Source of the DNA: an uncultured Candidatus Saccharibacteria bacterium | GTDB taxonomy: Bacteria > Patescibacteriota > Minisyncoccia > Phycocordibacterales > UBA12088 | Assembly: GCA_964521185.1 (NCBI GenBank) | Contig: CAZFRC010000001.1 | Coordinates: forward strand, 7,023-71,022 | DNA: 64,000 nucleotides | Reading direction: 5' to 3' | In this document: piece after piece, positions 56,968 to 64,000 of the stretch | Layout: each line of letters begins with the position of its first letter | Numbering within the stretch: position 1 is the first letter of the stretch | Position numbers and translations under genes: made by a program | Notes under the pieces: generated by a model | Databases searched by the model: none | Told to the model about the DNA's origin: nothing | What the model saw: only the letters and a program-made list of their open reading frames with translations

Positions 56968-57360
56968 TTATATACCCGGACAATTTGCTGCCGGACGATA
57001 CCCTGCGTTTTCCGCATCCTCCTTGCTGTCAAACCAAACCTTGTTTTCTTCTTTCATACGAGAAACTCCAGAGCACCAAGGCAAATGGTATACGGAGCCG
57101 TTTTTTGAAGCAACATAAGAACCCTTTTTTTGTTCAATTATGCCAGCAGAAGAAGCCGGTTGATTTTCAGAAATATGGCTCATTTGCTGCATATTTTTGG
57201 CTTGTTCCCCACCAATTATATTGACTTTTGGTCTTTCTATTGTAGAAAGTCTTCCCAGTGCAAAAGCAGAGAAACCAACAAGAACAATTACTGTCGGCAC
57301 AAAAACAGAATCGTTGGCAAAAACAGCCTTGCAACGCTCGCTTATTTCTTGTATAGTCAT
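56968..57360 (-). CDS. Membrane-anchored protein with a C-terminal Ada-like metal-binding domain variant
   Basis: TM VFVPTVIVLVGFSAFAL. C-term GSVYHLPWCSGVSRMKEENKVWFDSKEDAENAGYRPAANC resembles the Ada N-terminal zinc domain (Y..P.C....N..F.S...A...G.RPC) but has only 2 Cys plus His. The track ORF begins at GTG 57438; in-frame ATGs are at 57408 and 57360. Confidence 0.45.
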   Translation of the reverse strand: MTIQEISERCKAVFANDSVFVPTVIVLVGFSAFALGRLSTIERPKVNIIGGEQAKNMQQMSHISENQPASSAGIIEQKKGSYVASKNGSVYHLPWCSGVSRMKEENKVWFDSKEDAENAGYRPAANCPGI

Positions 57361-57445
57361 ACGGCTTTTATTATAAGGCACCGGAGGTTTGTAACCCCAC
57401 ACGATCATGTGATTACAAACCGCCCTCGAAAAATACACACTTGAT

Positions 57446-57718
57446 ATGGCACATCGTAAAGCCGGCGGTACAGCGAAAAACCTTAGAGATTCACAGCCGA
57501 AATATCTCGGTATAAAGCTCTATGAAGGTGAGAAAGCAAAACCTGGCGCTATTATCATTCGTCAACGCGGCAGTCGATTTGAAGCTGGGAAAAACGTGAA
57601 AACAGGCAAAGATTATACTTTGTATGCAGTGGCAAATGGCATTGTTTCTTTTCGTGAAAAACGCTTTACTAAATTTGACGGTCGTGTAGTTCGAAAGAAC
57701 GTTGTGGATGTGCAATAA
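57446..57718 (+). CDS. rpmA: 50S ribosomal protein L27
   Basis: MAHRKAGGTAKNLRDSQPKYLGIKLYEGEKAKPGAIIIRQRGSRFEAGKNV. No N-terminal propeptide extension. Not adjacent to rplU. Confidence 0.95.
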   Translation: MAHRKAGGTAKNLRDSQPKYLGIKLYEGEKAKPGAIIIRQRGSRFEAGKNVKTGKDYTLYAVANGIVSFREKRFTKFDGRVVRKNVVDVQ

Positions 57719-57797
57719 CATTCATTTTTGATAGTCTCTCCTAATTACGTTACAAGAAGTTCCGAACAGAACGGGAGCGTATATTTCAATAATGTAT

Positions 57798-57823
57798 AAA
57801 ATATTCACGATCGCGAATATTTT
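57798..57823. promoter_or_regulatory. 26-bp near-perfect palindrome (AAAATATTC-ACGATCGC-GAATATTTT) between rpmA and the GGCT-like gene; candidate operator or weak terminator
   Basis: Read directly. Two 9-bp perfect inverted arms flank a CGATCG-containing core. The stem is AT-rich and lacks a clear U-tract. Confidence 0.3.
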
Positions 57824-57931
57824 ACATTACTGATTTGATAAGAAATTGCACCAATAAGCTCATTTGAAACTTAAGAGACGCTATACTGCATCCTTGAAAA
57901 AACGCGTGCATTCGGTAGAAATATTTTTGTT

Positions 57932-58405
57932 ATGGACATGTATATATTCGGTTATGGGTCGCTCATGAATCTAGAAAGTCTCCGAAGGACACTCCCTCGC
58001 GAACACAGCACCATTCCCGCTATTCTTCGAGGATATCAGCGCAAAATGAACGCGCCCGGAAAAGGATACGTGTATTTGAACTTAATCCAGAACAAGGATA
58101 TGAGTGTACGCGGAGTATTGATTCCCATAACGTCCGAAGAGCTCGAGCTGCTCAAGGAGCGGGAATATGGATATAGCTTTGTGGAAGTCTCACACCAGCT
58201 TGCTATGCCAAGAGATACTGATCTTCCAGTGTACGCGTTTATCGCGCCCGATGACAGACACCACGAACACAAAGTGTTACGGAGTTATCTGCTTACCTGC
58301 TTAACTGCCCTCCCCCACGAAGAACGAGAAGCATGGATCCAAGAGACCATTATTGAAAACGAGATCGAGGAAGATGCCGGCGACACTCAAGAAGAAAACG
58401 CCTAA
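57932..58405 (+). CDS. Gamma-glutamylcyclotransferase-like (AIG2/GGCT fold) protein
   Basis: MYIFGYGSLMNLESL (YGSL motif) and downstream E residue (SEELELLKEREYGY). Confidence 0.75.
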   Translation: MDMYIFGYGSLMNLESLRRTLPREHSTIPAILRGYQRKMNAPGKGYVYLNLIQNKDMSVRGVLIPITSEELELLKEREYGYSFVEVSHQLAMPRDTDLPVYAFIAPDDRHHEHKVLRSYLLTCLTALPHEEREAWIQETIIENEIEEDAGDTQEENA

Positions 58406-58450
58406 TGTCGATTATGCAGCCATTCAAAAATTCCAAGTGAATCAGCTTTT

Positions 58451-60121
58451 TTAACCCTTTTTCCCTTTACCGTTACCGTTACCTTTGCGCTGCATTGCTT
58501 CTGCTTTCAATCTCGCAGCCTCATCCGCAAGTCTTCTCCCCCTCTCTCTTTCTCCCTTCCTCTTTTCTCTTTCTGCTTTAGTAACTATATCTTTTATCAC
58601 AGGATTCAAACAAGCGGCCGCTTTCAGCTCACTCGGAAAGGAACTCATATCGAGAGGCGTGGTTGCCCCCACTTTTACTCGAGAGCTGCCTCCCGCATAC
58701 ACAATTTCCCAATAAGGGGCGCCTTTTTTAGAAATTTTCTGTACAATACGAACAGCACCCATCCCATCAGAAAGCGTAATGAGGAACCCTTCAGTGGGTA
58801 ATCCTGCTCCACTCCCACTTCGTCCCCCTTCTTTCATTTCCTCACGCTCTTTTTTAACCCGATCCCTTTCCCTTCTCAGTTCTTCGGTTCTACCGCTTAT
58901 ATCGTTGTTTCTTCGTTCGTTAAACGCTTTCCAAAAGGGAGACTCGTTCATCCTACCAAAAAGCATTCGAAAAACCTGAGCTTCTTTAGAAAGTTTGTCT
59001 ATCAGATTGAGTGTTTCTTGCGCTTCTTTGTTCCCGGCATTCGCTAATATAGTCAGGATATGAGTGGTGCCAGGTTCTTCTAAAAAACGTAGCGTATGTT
59101 CATGATGCACGCCATCTGCCCCTATCCCCATTTGCCACGGAACTATTTCTCTTGGACTCTCTATCTGCATATTTCCCGTAAACAGCAACACTGAATCCAG
59201 TATTCTTTGCTTCACGCTTCTTATCAAGGACCGATCACCATTTAGCTCGCTCAAGAGAACGTCTGAAAGTTTTGGGTTTCCAGTAATTGTTTCAAGTCTT
59301 GCAAAAGCCGCCTTATGAAGTCTGTTTATTTTTTCTGCGTTTTCTTGTGCGTCTCTTAAAAATTCCCCAGACATTTCTGCTTCCCTACTTTTTCCTTCTC
59401 GACCCCCTGTTTTTTTTGGAGCATATCGGTCCCGATACTCTCGTAATCGACTTACAATTAGATCGGGAACTATATTTTTTCCACCTTCTTCTAGTGTCGG
59501 ATGGCCGAGTTGTAGAGAAATTTTTTGAAGTTCTTCAAGTAATGCTGCTTCTGCCTGTAATCTTTCTGTCAGTATTGCATTCATACGATTTCTTCTTTCT
59601 TCTTCAATCGCCTCTCTTTGTCTGTCAATCTCTGCGGTAATTCTACCAAGAATAGAGTCGAGTTCTGACTGGATCGACTCCGTCAGTTTTAATCCCAAAG
59701 GATTCTGCTTCTCATTCTTTAATTTATCTCTCATATCGAAGAGTCTCCTTAAAGAATTTCCTGTTTTCTCGGTGATAATATTATTTGCTAATAAAGCCGG
59801 GATGTCGGATGTATCTATATTTCGAAAAGCCGCCCCTGTTATATTTTTTTGCGCTTCATCAGTATGATTGATGGCTCTTAAAAGTTTTTCTATTACAGCA
59901 TCCCTCTCCTCAATAACACGATCAATGTCTTCTTGGCTAATCCGCACTGCTCGTATTGCCTCCTCTCCTTCTCGTAATAACGCCTCAATATCGGTATCTG
60001 GAATATCTATAGGGGCTCCACCTGATGGAACAAGCGAAGGCGTTGATTGTTCTTTTTTTAGACCTTCCCCTCCCTTTCTATCCCCACTGCCATTCAACCC
60101 ATTTTTACCTTCAACAGACAT
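58451..60121 (-). CDS. Hypothetical 556-aa cytoplasmic protein, highly charged with long coiled-coil segments
   Basis: ORF track. ATG at complement of 60119-60121. No TM. Lys/Arg/Glu-rich ends (…RKGNGNGKGKKG). No catalytic motif recognised. Confidence 0.5.
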   Translation of the reverse strand: MSVEGKNGLNGSGDRKGGEGLKKEQSTPSLVPSGGAPIDIPDTDIEALLREGEEAIRAVRISQEDIDRVIEERDAVIEKLLRAINHTDEAQKNITGAAFRNIDTSDIPALLANNIITEKTGNSLRRLFDMRDKLKNEKQNPLGLKLTESIQSELDSILGRITAEIDRQREAIEEERRNRMNAILTERLQAEAALLEELQKISLQLGHPTLEEGGKNIVPDLIVSRLREYRDRYAPKKTGGREGKSREAEMSGEFLRDAQENAEKINRLHKAAFARLETITGNPKLSDVLLSELNGDRSLIRSVKQRILDSVLLFTGNMQIESPREIVPWQMGIGADGVHHEHTLRFLEEPGTTHILTILANAGNKEAQETLNLIDKLSKEAQVFRMLFGRMNESPFWKAFNERRNNDISGRTEELRRERDRVKKEREEMKEGGRSGSGAGLPTEGFLITLSDGMGAVRIVQKISKKGAPYWEIVYAGGSSRVKVGATTPLDMSSFPSELKAAACLNPVIKDIVTKAEREKRKGERERGRRLADEAARLKAEAMQRKGNGNGKGKKG

Positions 60122-60226
60122 GATTGATTACGGTTAGCTTCTAAAATTTTTACAATATTTACAATATTATTGTAATACAACGCCAAAAAGAGCAAAGAGA
60201 GGTATCCCCCATATCACACAAGAGGA

Positions 60227-60667
60227 TTATAGAGCTTTAATTTTGACCACAATCCCGATCATTTGATTCTGCACGGAGACAGGCATGGCATAATCACCGA
60301 TTTCCTTGATGGCATGAGGAAGATGGATGGCGCTTGGGTGCACTTTGATTCCTTTTTCTGACAGAGCGTTTGCAATGTCAGATGCTTTAATGCCCTGAAA
60401 TAAATGTCCTTTTTCGTTGGTTTTTGCCCTGATTTCAATAGGAGTTTCGGCAACCATCTGAAGATCTTTAATAAGATTAAGGGAGGCTGATTCGCGTGCT
60501 GCGGCCACCGCCGCGGCGCGCGCTTCAACGTCCGCAATTCTCTGTTTCGATGCTATTTCCGCTAATTTCCTTGGAAAGAGAAAATTCCGCGCATATCCTT
60601 CCGCGACTTCCTTTACTTCATTTTTCTTACCGATTTTTGGCACGTCACGCAGTAATATAATTTTCAT
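60227..60667 (-). CDS. rplI: 50S ribosomal protein L9
   Basis: [36 protein letters not shown]... Confidence 0.9.
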   Translation of the reverse strand: MKIILLRDVPKIGKKNEVKEVAEGYARNFLFPRKLAEIASKQRIADVEARAAAVAAARESASLNLIKDLQMVAETPIEIRAKTNEKGHLFQGIKASDIANALSEKGIKVHPSAIHLPHAIKEIGDYAMPVSVQNQMIGIVVKIKAL

Positions 60668-60712
60668 ATCCTAGTATTGTCCGTCGAAAAAGAATCCGAT
60701 CCCTGCATCTAT

Positions 60713-61990
60713 CTACCTGCCTTCAATCAAGAATTTCATAGCCCGTTCCATTTGAGGATCGTTCCCCGCTTTCCGGTCAAGGTCAGTAAGAGGAACTTCT
60801 ATGTCTGGTTTGAGACCGTTTGCAGAAATAGAAACGCCCATTGGGGTTTTCCATTGCGCTACAGTGATTTTGAGCGCGGTTTCGTCGGTAAGCGAAATCA
60901 ATTCCTGTACCGATCCTTTTCCAAAAGTTTTTTCGCCAATCAACGTGGCAACTCCATGCTCTCGAAGCGCACCCGCAACAATTTCTGAAGCCGATGCAGA
61001 ACCCTGGTCGACTAGGATTACCACCTTGAGATTTTGTCTGAATAAATCATAGCCCTTGCTTCGATATACGCGCGAACCCCCGTTTTTTCCAAAATCCTCT
61101 TCGACAATCACCGTACCCGTTGGCACAAACCAACTCGTGATATCAACGGCTGCCTCAAGAAATCCTCCCGGATTTCCTCGAAGGTCAATGATGAGCTTGT
61201 TTGAGCCGGTTAAAATGAAATCCCGAAGCGCCATGCGGAACTGACTAGTCGCAAGTGCAGAAAAATTATAGAGGCTTATGACGAACACGCCGTTTGGTTT
61301 AAATGCAGAATGTATGGTTGGAATAGTGATACTCTCTCGAGTGAGCGTAATTTCGATAATCTCGTTTTTTTCTCCTCTTGATAGAGTAAGCGCCACTTTG
61401 GTTCCAATTTCACCACGAATACGAGTAACGCCGTCTTGTGTCGAAAATCCTTCCGTAGACTCTCCATTGATTCGAAGAATCTTATCGCCCGCGCGAATTC
61501 CTGCCCGATATGCCGGCGTGTCTTTAAGCGGTGCAATGACTGTGAGAATCCCTTCCGTAACGCCGATCTCCATTCCCGCACCCCCAAAACTTCCACTCAT
61601 TTCTTCGGTAAAAATTTGATTCTCTACGGGCGGTAAAAATACGGTGTAAGGATCCCCAAAACTTCGCGCAAGTCCTCCTATGGCGCCCCAAAGCTTGTCC
61701 TCGTCTGTTATTTCAACCGTGGTAGAGGCTGGCACAAATCGTTCATCGAGCAAATTCCACGCTTTATAGAGCGGCGTCAAATCAATATCTCCTGGTGGAT
61801 TTTGGTCTACAAAAGTAAATGTTGCCACTGCATCAAGCTTGTCGAGACCGCCCACAAACAATCCGCATGTAAACGCGATAAGCACAATACCCAACACTGT
61901 TGTTCCGCGAGCGGCAATCTCACGGAGAGCTTTGTTGAATGCATTCATAGGAGCATTATCTCCCCATATGTGCTGTGGGTCAAATTCCAA
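60713..61990 (-). CDS. ctpA: Carboxyl-terminal processing protease (peptidase S41)
   Basis: PDZ domain, LIIDLRGNPGGFLEAAVDI, VILVDQGSASASEIVAGAL...GEKTFGKGSVQ. Confidence 0.9.
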   Translation of the reverse strand: MEFDPQHIWGDNAPMNAFNKALREIAARGTTVLGIVLIAFTCGLFVGGLDKLDAVATFTFVDQNPPGDIDLTPLYKAWNLLDERFVPASTTVEITDEDKLWGAIGGLARSFGDPYTVFLPPVENQIFTEEMSGSFGGAGMEIGVTEGILTVIAPLKDTPAYRAGIRAGDKILRINGESTEGFSTQDGVTRIRGEIGTKVALTLSRGEKNEIIEITLTRESITIPTIHSAFKPNGVFVISLYNFSALATSQFRMALRDFILTGSNKLIIDLRGNPGGFLEAAVDITSWFVPTGTVIVEEDFGKNGGSRVYRSKGYDLFRQNLKVVILVDQGSASASEIVAGALREHGVATLIGEKTFGKGSVQELISLTDETALKITVAQWKTPMGVSISANGLKPDIEVPLTDLDRKAGNDPQMERAMKFLIEGR

Positions 61991-62014
61991 AGTCCCTGTA
62001 TTATTACTAGAATC

Positions 62015-62935
62015 ATGATGGTTCGATACTCACACGGGAATATCCTTTGGGTTGATCTTGATTCGCCAACTGTAGAAGAAGTGCGTTCAGTGATGAACGA
62101 ATTTTCTCTTGATCCGGAGATCGGTGAGGAGCTGCTCGCGCCTTCACTTCGTCCCCGCGTCGATTTTTTTGGCAACTGCCTTTATGTCATTCTCCACTTC
62201 CCCGCCCTTCGTCACACCCACCGAACTGATAAAAACATTGGACAAGAAGTAGATTTCATTATTGGAAAAAAATTTATCATTACCACGAGATACGAAACCA
62301 TTGATCCGCTTCATAAATTCTCTAAGATGTTTGAGGTAGACAGTATTTTGGGGCGGAAACTTCCGGGTGATCATGCCGGTTTTTTGTTCTACGCAATGAT
62401 TAAAAAACTCTATCGTTCGCTTGAGCATGAACTCGATCATATAAAAGATCGTTTGGAAGAAACAGAACTCGGCGTTTTTTCCGGCGACGAGCGAAAAATG
62501 CTTTACACTCTATCGCAAATCAGCCGAGATTTGCTTAACTTTCAACAATCACTTCGTCATCATTCGGATATCCTCGAATCGTTCAGCGTGGCGGCGACCA
62601 AATTTTTTGGAGAAGATTTCATGCCATACACGACCGGAATAGCGAGTGAATTTCACCGTGTGCGGCGCGGCATTGATGGAAACGCCGCTTCACTTCGAGA
62701 GCTTCGAGAAACAAACGCGGCACTCCTTTCCACAAAACAAAATGAGATCATGCAGCGATTTACTATCCTTGCGTTTGTGGTATTTCCACTTACCCTCATT
62801 ACCCAAATATTCGGGATGAACACGGTCGAAACGCCCCTGATTGGACAACCGAATGATTTCTGGCTCGTAATCGGCCTCATGATCACCACAACCATGCTAA
62901 TGTTTGTGTATTTCAAATACAAAAAATGGCTTTAA
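62015..62935 (+). CDS. corA: Magnesium/cobalt transporter CorA
   Basis: C-terminal FPLTLITQIFGMNTVETP (GMN motif) and two TM helices. Start at the tandem ATG 62015. The 61802 ORF-track start lies inside ctpA on the opposite strand. Confidence 0.85.
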   Translation: MMVRYSHGNILWVDLDSPTVEEVRSVMNEFSLDPEIGEELLAPSLRPRVDFFGNCLYVILHFPALRHTHRTDKNIGQEVDFIIGKKFIITTRYETIDPLHKFSKMFEVDSILGRKLPGDHAGFLFYAMIKKLYRSLEHELDHIKDRLEETELGVFSGDERKMLYTLSQISRDLLNFQQSLRHHSDILESFSVAATKFFGEDFMPYTTGIASEFHRVRRGIDGNAASLRELRETNAALLSTKQNEIMQRFTILAFVVFPLTLITQIFGMNTVETPLIGQPNDFWLVIGLMITTTMLMFVYFKYKKWL

Positions 62936-63041
62936 AAAGGATAGGAATACGCAAATTTAAAGAAATTGGATCTTATCCAAACGTCAAGTTCTCAATATCC
63001 AAATTTATTACACCCCATTTATATGATAGGATGGGGCGGCA

Positions 63042-64000
63042 TGATTCGGGGAAAAAACCTTCCCATTCCAATATATTTTACTAATACTCTATCCGGAGTA
63101 AAAGAAGAATTTACACCGCTTCGCGGGAAAACGGTTCGGATGTATAACTGCGGGCCTACGGTATATGACTATGCCCATATCGGGAATCTTCGCGCGTTTC
63201 TCCTTGCCGACACTATTCGACGAGTACTTGAATTGAACGGGTATCGCGTGCTTCAGGTTATGAACATTACCGATATCGGACATTTAACATCGGATGCGGA
63301 TTCCGGTGACGATAAAATGGTAGTTGCGTTGAAACGAGAGGGTGTTTCGATGGATCTTGTAGGACTTAAAAAAGTGGCCGATAAATTTGCCTCTGCGTTT
63401 GAAGAAGACGCGCAAAAAATGAACTTTAAGTCGCCGCGGGCGAGGCCGCGGGCGAGCGAATATATTCCGGAGTACATCGCACTCATTCAGACGCTTGTGT
63501 CAGATGGATATGCGTATGAAATTGGAGACGGCGTATATTTTGACGTATCCAGATTCCATGATTATGGAAAATTGGGTTCAGTTAATGTTGCCGGACTTCG
63601 AGAAGGTGCTCGCATTCATTCAAATACGGAAAAAAAGGGCCCTCTTGATTTTACGTTGTGGAAGAAAGCTCGAAGCAGTATTGGATGGGAGAGTCCGTGG
63701 GGGCGAGGGTTTCCTGGTTGGCACATTGAATGTTCTGCAATGATTCGAAGCGAGCTTGGCGACACCATCGATATTCATACCGGAGGGATTGACCACATTC
63801 CGGTCCATCACAACAATGAAATCGCGCAGTCAGAATCAGTAACGAAAAAGCCGCTTGCCCGTTTCTGGCTCCATCAAGAATTCCTGAGAGTAGACAACGC
63901 TCGCATGGGTAAGTCGCTTGGAAATTTTTTTACCCTTCGTGACATTGAGGCAAAAGGCGTTCACCCTCTTTCGTATCGTTATTGGCTTTTGACCGGCCAT
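63042..64000 (+). CDS. cysS: Cysteinyl-tRNA synthetase, N-terminal ~319 codons (continues beyond the right window edge)
   Basis: MYNCGPTVYDYAHIGNLRAF (HIGH region), FPGWHIECSAM, GGIDHIPVHHNNEIAQSES, KMGKSLGNFF. No stop before position 64000. Confidence 0.9.

Noticed and set aside
60151-60177. Tandem direct repeat TACAATATT x2 followed by ATTGTAATA
   Set aside because: Only two copies. It lies exactly over a well-spaced minus-strand -35/-10 pair (TTACAA-17-TAAAAT) for the 58451-60121 gene. Interpreted as promoter sequence, not a repeat element or CRISPR-like array.
61802-62014. N-terminal 71-codon extension of the corA ORF starting at TTG 61802
   Set aside because: It overlaps the 5' end of ctpA on the opposite strand and is Cys/His-rich nonsense. 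The tandem ATG at 62015 gives a normal CorA N-terminus 24 nt after the ctpA start.
62936-63041. Possible T-box leader upstream of cysS (and upstream of the other aaRS genes)
   Set aside because: The leader is only ~106 nt, far shorter than a T-box. It contains just one small hairpin (CCCCAT…ATGGGG) and no specifier-loop / T-box consensus. The other synthetase genes (leuS, alaS, trpS, aspS, gltX) have leaders of 0-40 nt.
4318-63041. tRNA, tmRNA, SRP RNA and RNase P RNA candidates in all intergenic regions longer than 60 nt, and CRISPR-like repeat arrays
   Set aside because: No cloverleaf with a GTTC-type T-loop and CCA-compatible acceptor stem could be built by eye. A CCA-ending stretch near 4410 lacks a matching 5' acceptor strand. 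No consensus blocks of the other RNAs were found. No three or more regularly spaced direct repeats anywhere.

Overview
This 64 kb window reads as a gene-dense stretch of a small, streamlined bacterial genome. Assigning it to a CPR/Patescibacteria-like organism is inference from several traits: many TTG/GTG starts, weak or absent Shine-Dalgarno sequences, 4-bp gene overlaps, a Cys-less L36, an AlaRS without a C-Ala domain, and a type-2 AspRS.

Most genes are housekeeping and lie on the + strand from ~1.1 to 49.3 kb:
- ychF, leuS, mltG and mnmA
- alaS, then infA-rpmJ-rpsM-rpsK-rpsD-rpoA-rplQ, with rplM-rpsI and grpE-dnaK-dnaJ directly downstream
- trpS, a type-2 aspS, and scpA-scpB
- a partial cell-wall cluster (D,D-carboxypeptidase, mraY, ftsW, murG), gltX, and an EnvC-like M23 peptidase

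A minus-strand block at 49.7-57.4 kb carries an SLT/lysozyme-like protein, ROK glucokinase, pgi, a LOG-family protein, gdhA, a 524-aa membrane protein, a DEDD exonuclease and a membrane protein with an Ada-like zinc domain. After that come rpmA, a GGCT-like protein, a minus-strand 556-aa coiled-coil orphan, rplI and ctpA (both minus strand), then corA and a partial cysS on the + strand.

The window begins inside a minus-strand HlyD-family efflux adaptor that the ORF track misses because it runs off the left edge. I could not support any tRNA, rRNA, CRISPR array or mobile element.

The items I rate most worth follow-up are:
- an arginyl-tRNA-synthetase paralogue with a destroyed HIGH motif, translationally coupled to two membrane proteins
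- an ATP-cone/restriction-endonuclease-fold fusion next to a Cas4-like Fe-S nuclease and a minimal Ogt-like gene
- a protein with sigma-70 region 4 plus two HARE-HTH domains
- a UbiA prenyltransferase with a ~260-aa N-terminal membrane extension, next to an NAD(P)H:quinone-reductase-like flavoprotein
- a three-gene minus-strand module: Ada-like zinc domain membrane protein, DEDD exonuclease, 524-aa membrane protein
- two hairpin-dense non-coding regions (49.3-49.7 kb and 50.2-50.5 kb) and a structured element upstream of ychF

All calls rest on reading and translating the sequence by eye and on motif recognition. No database search was run.
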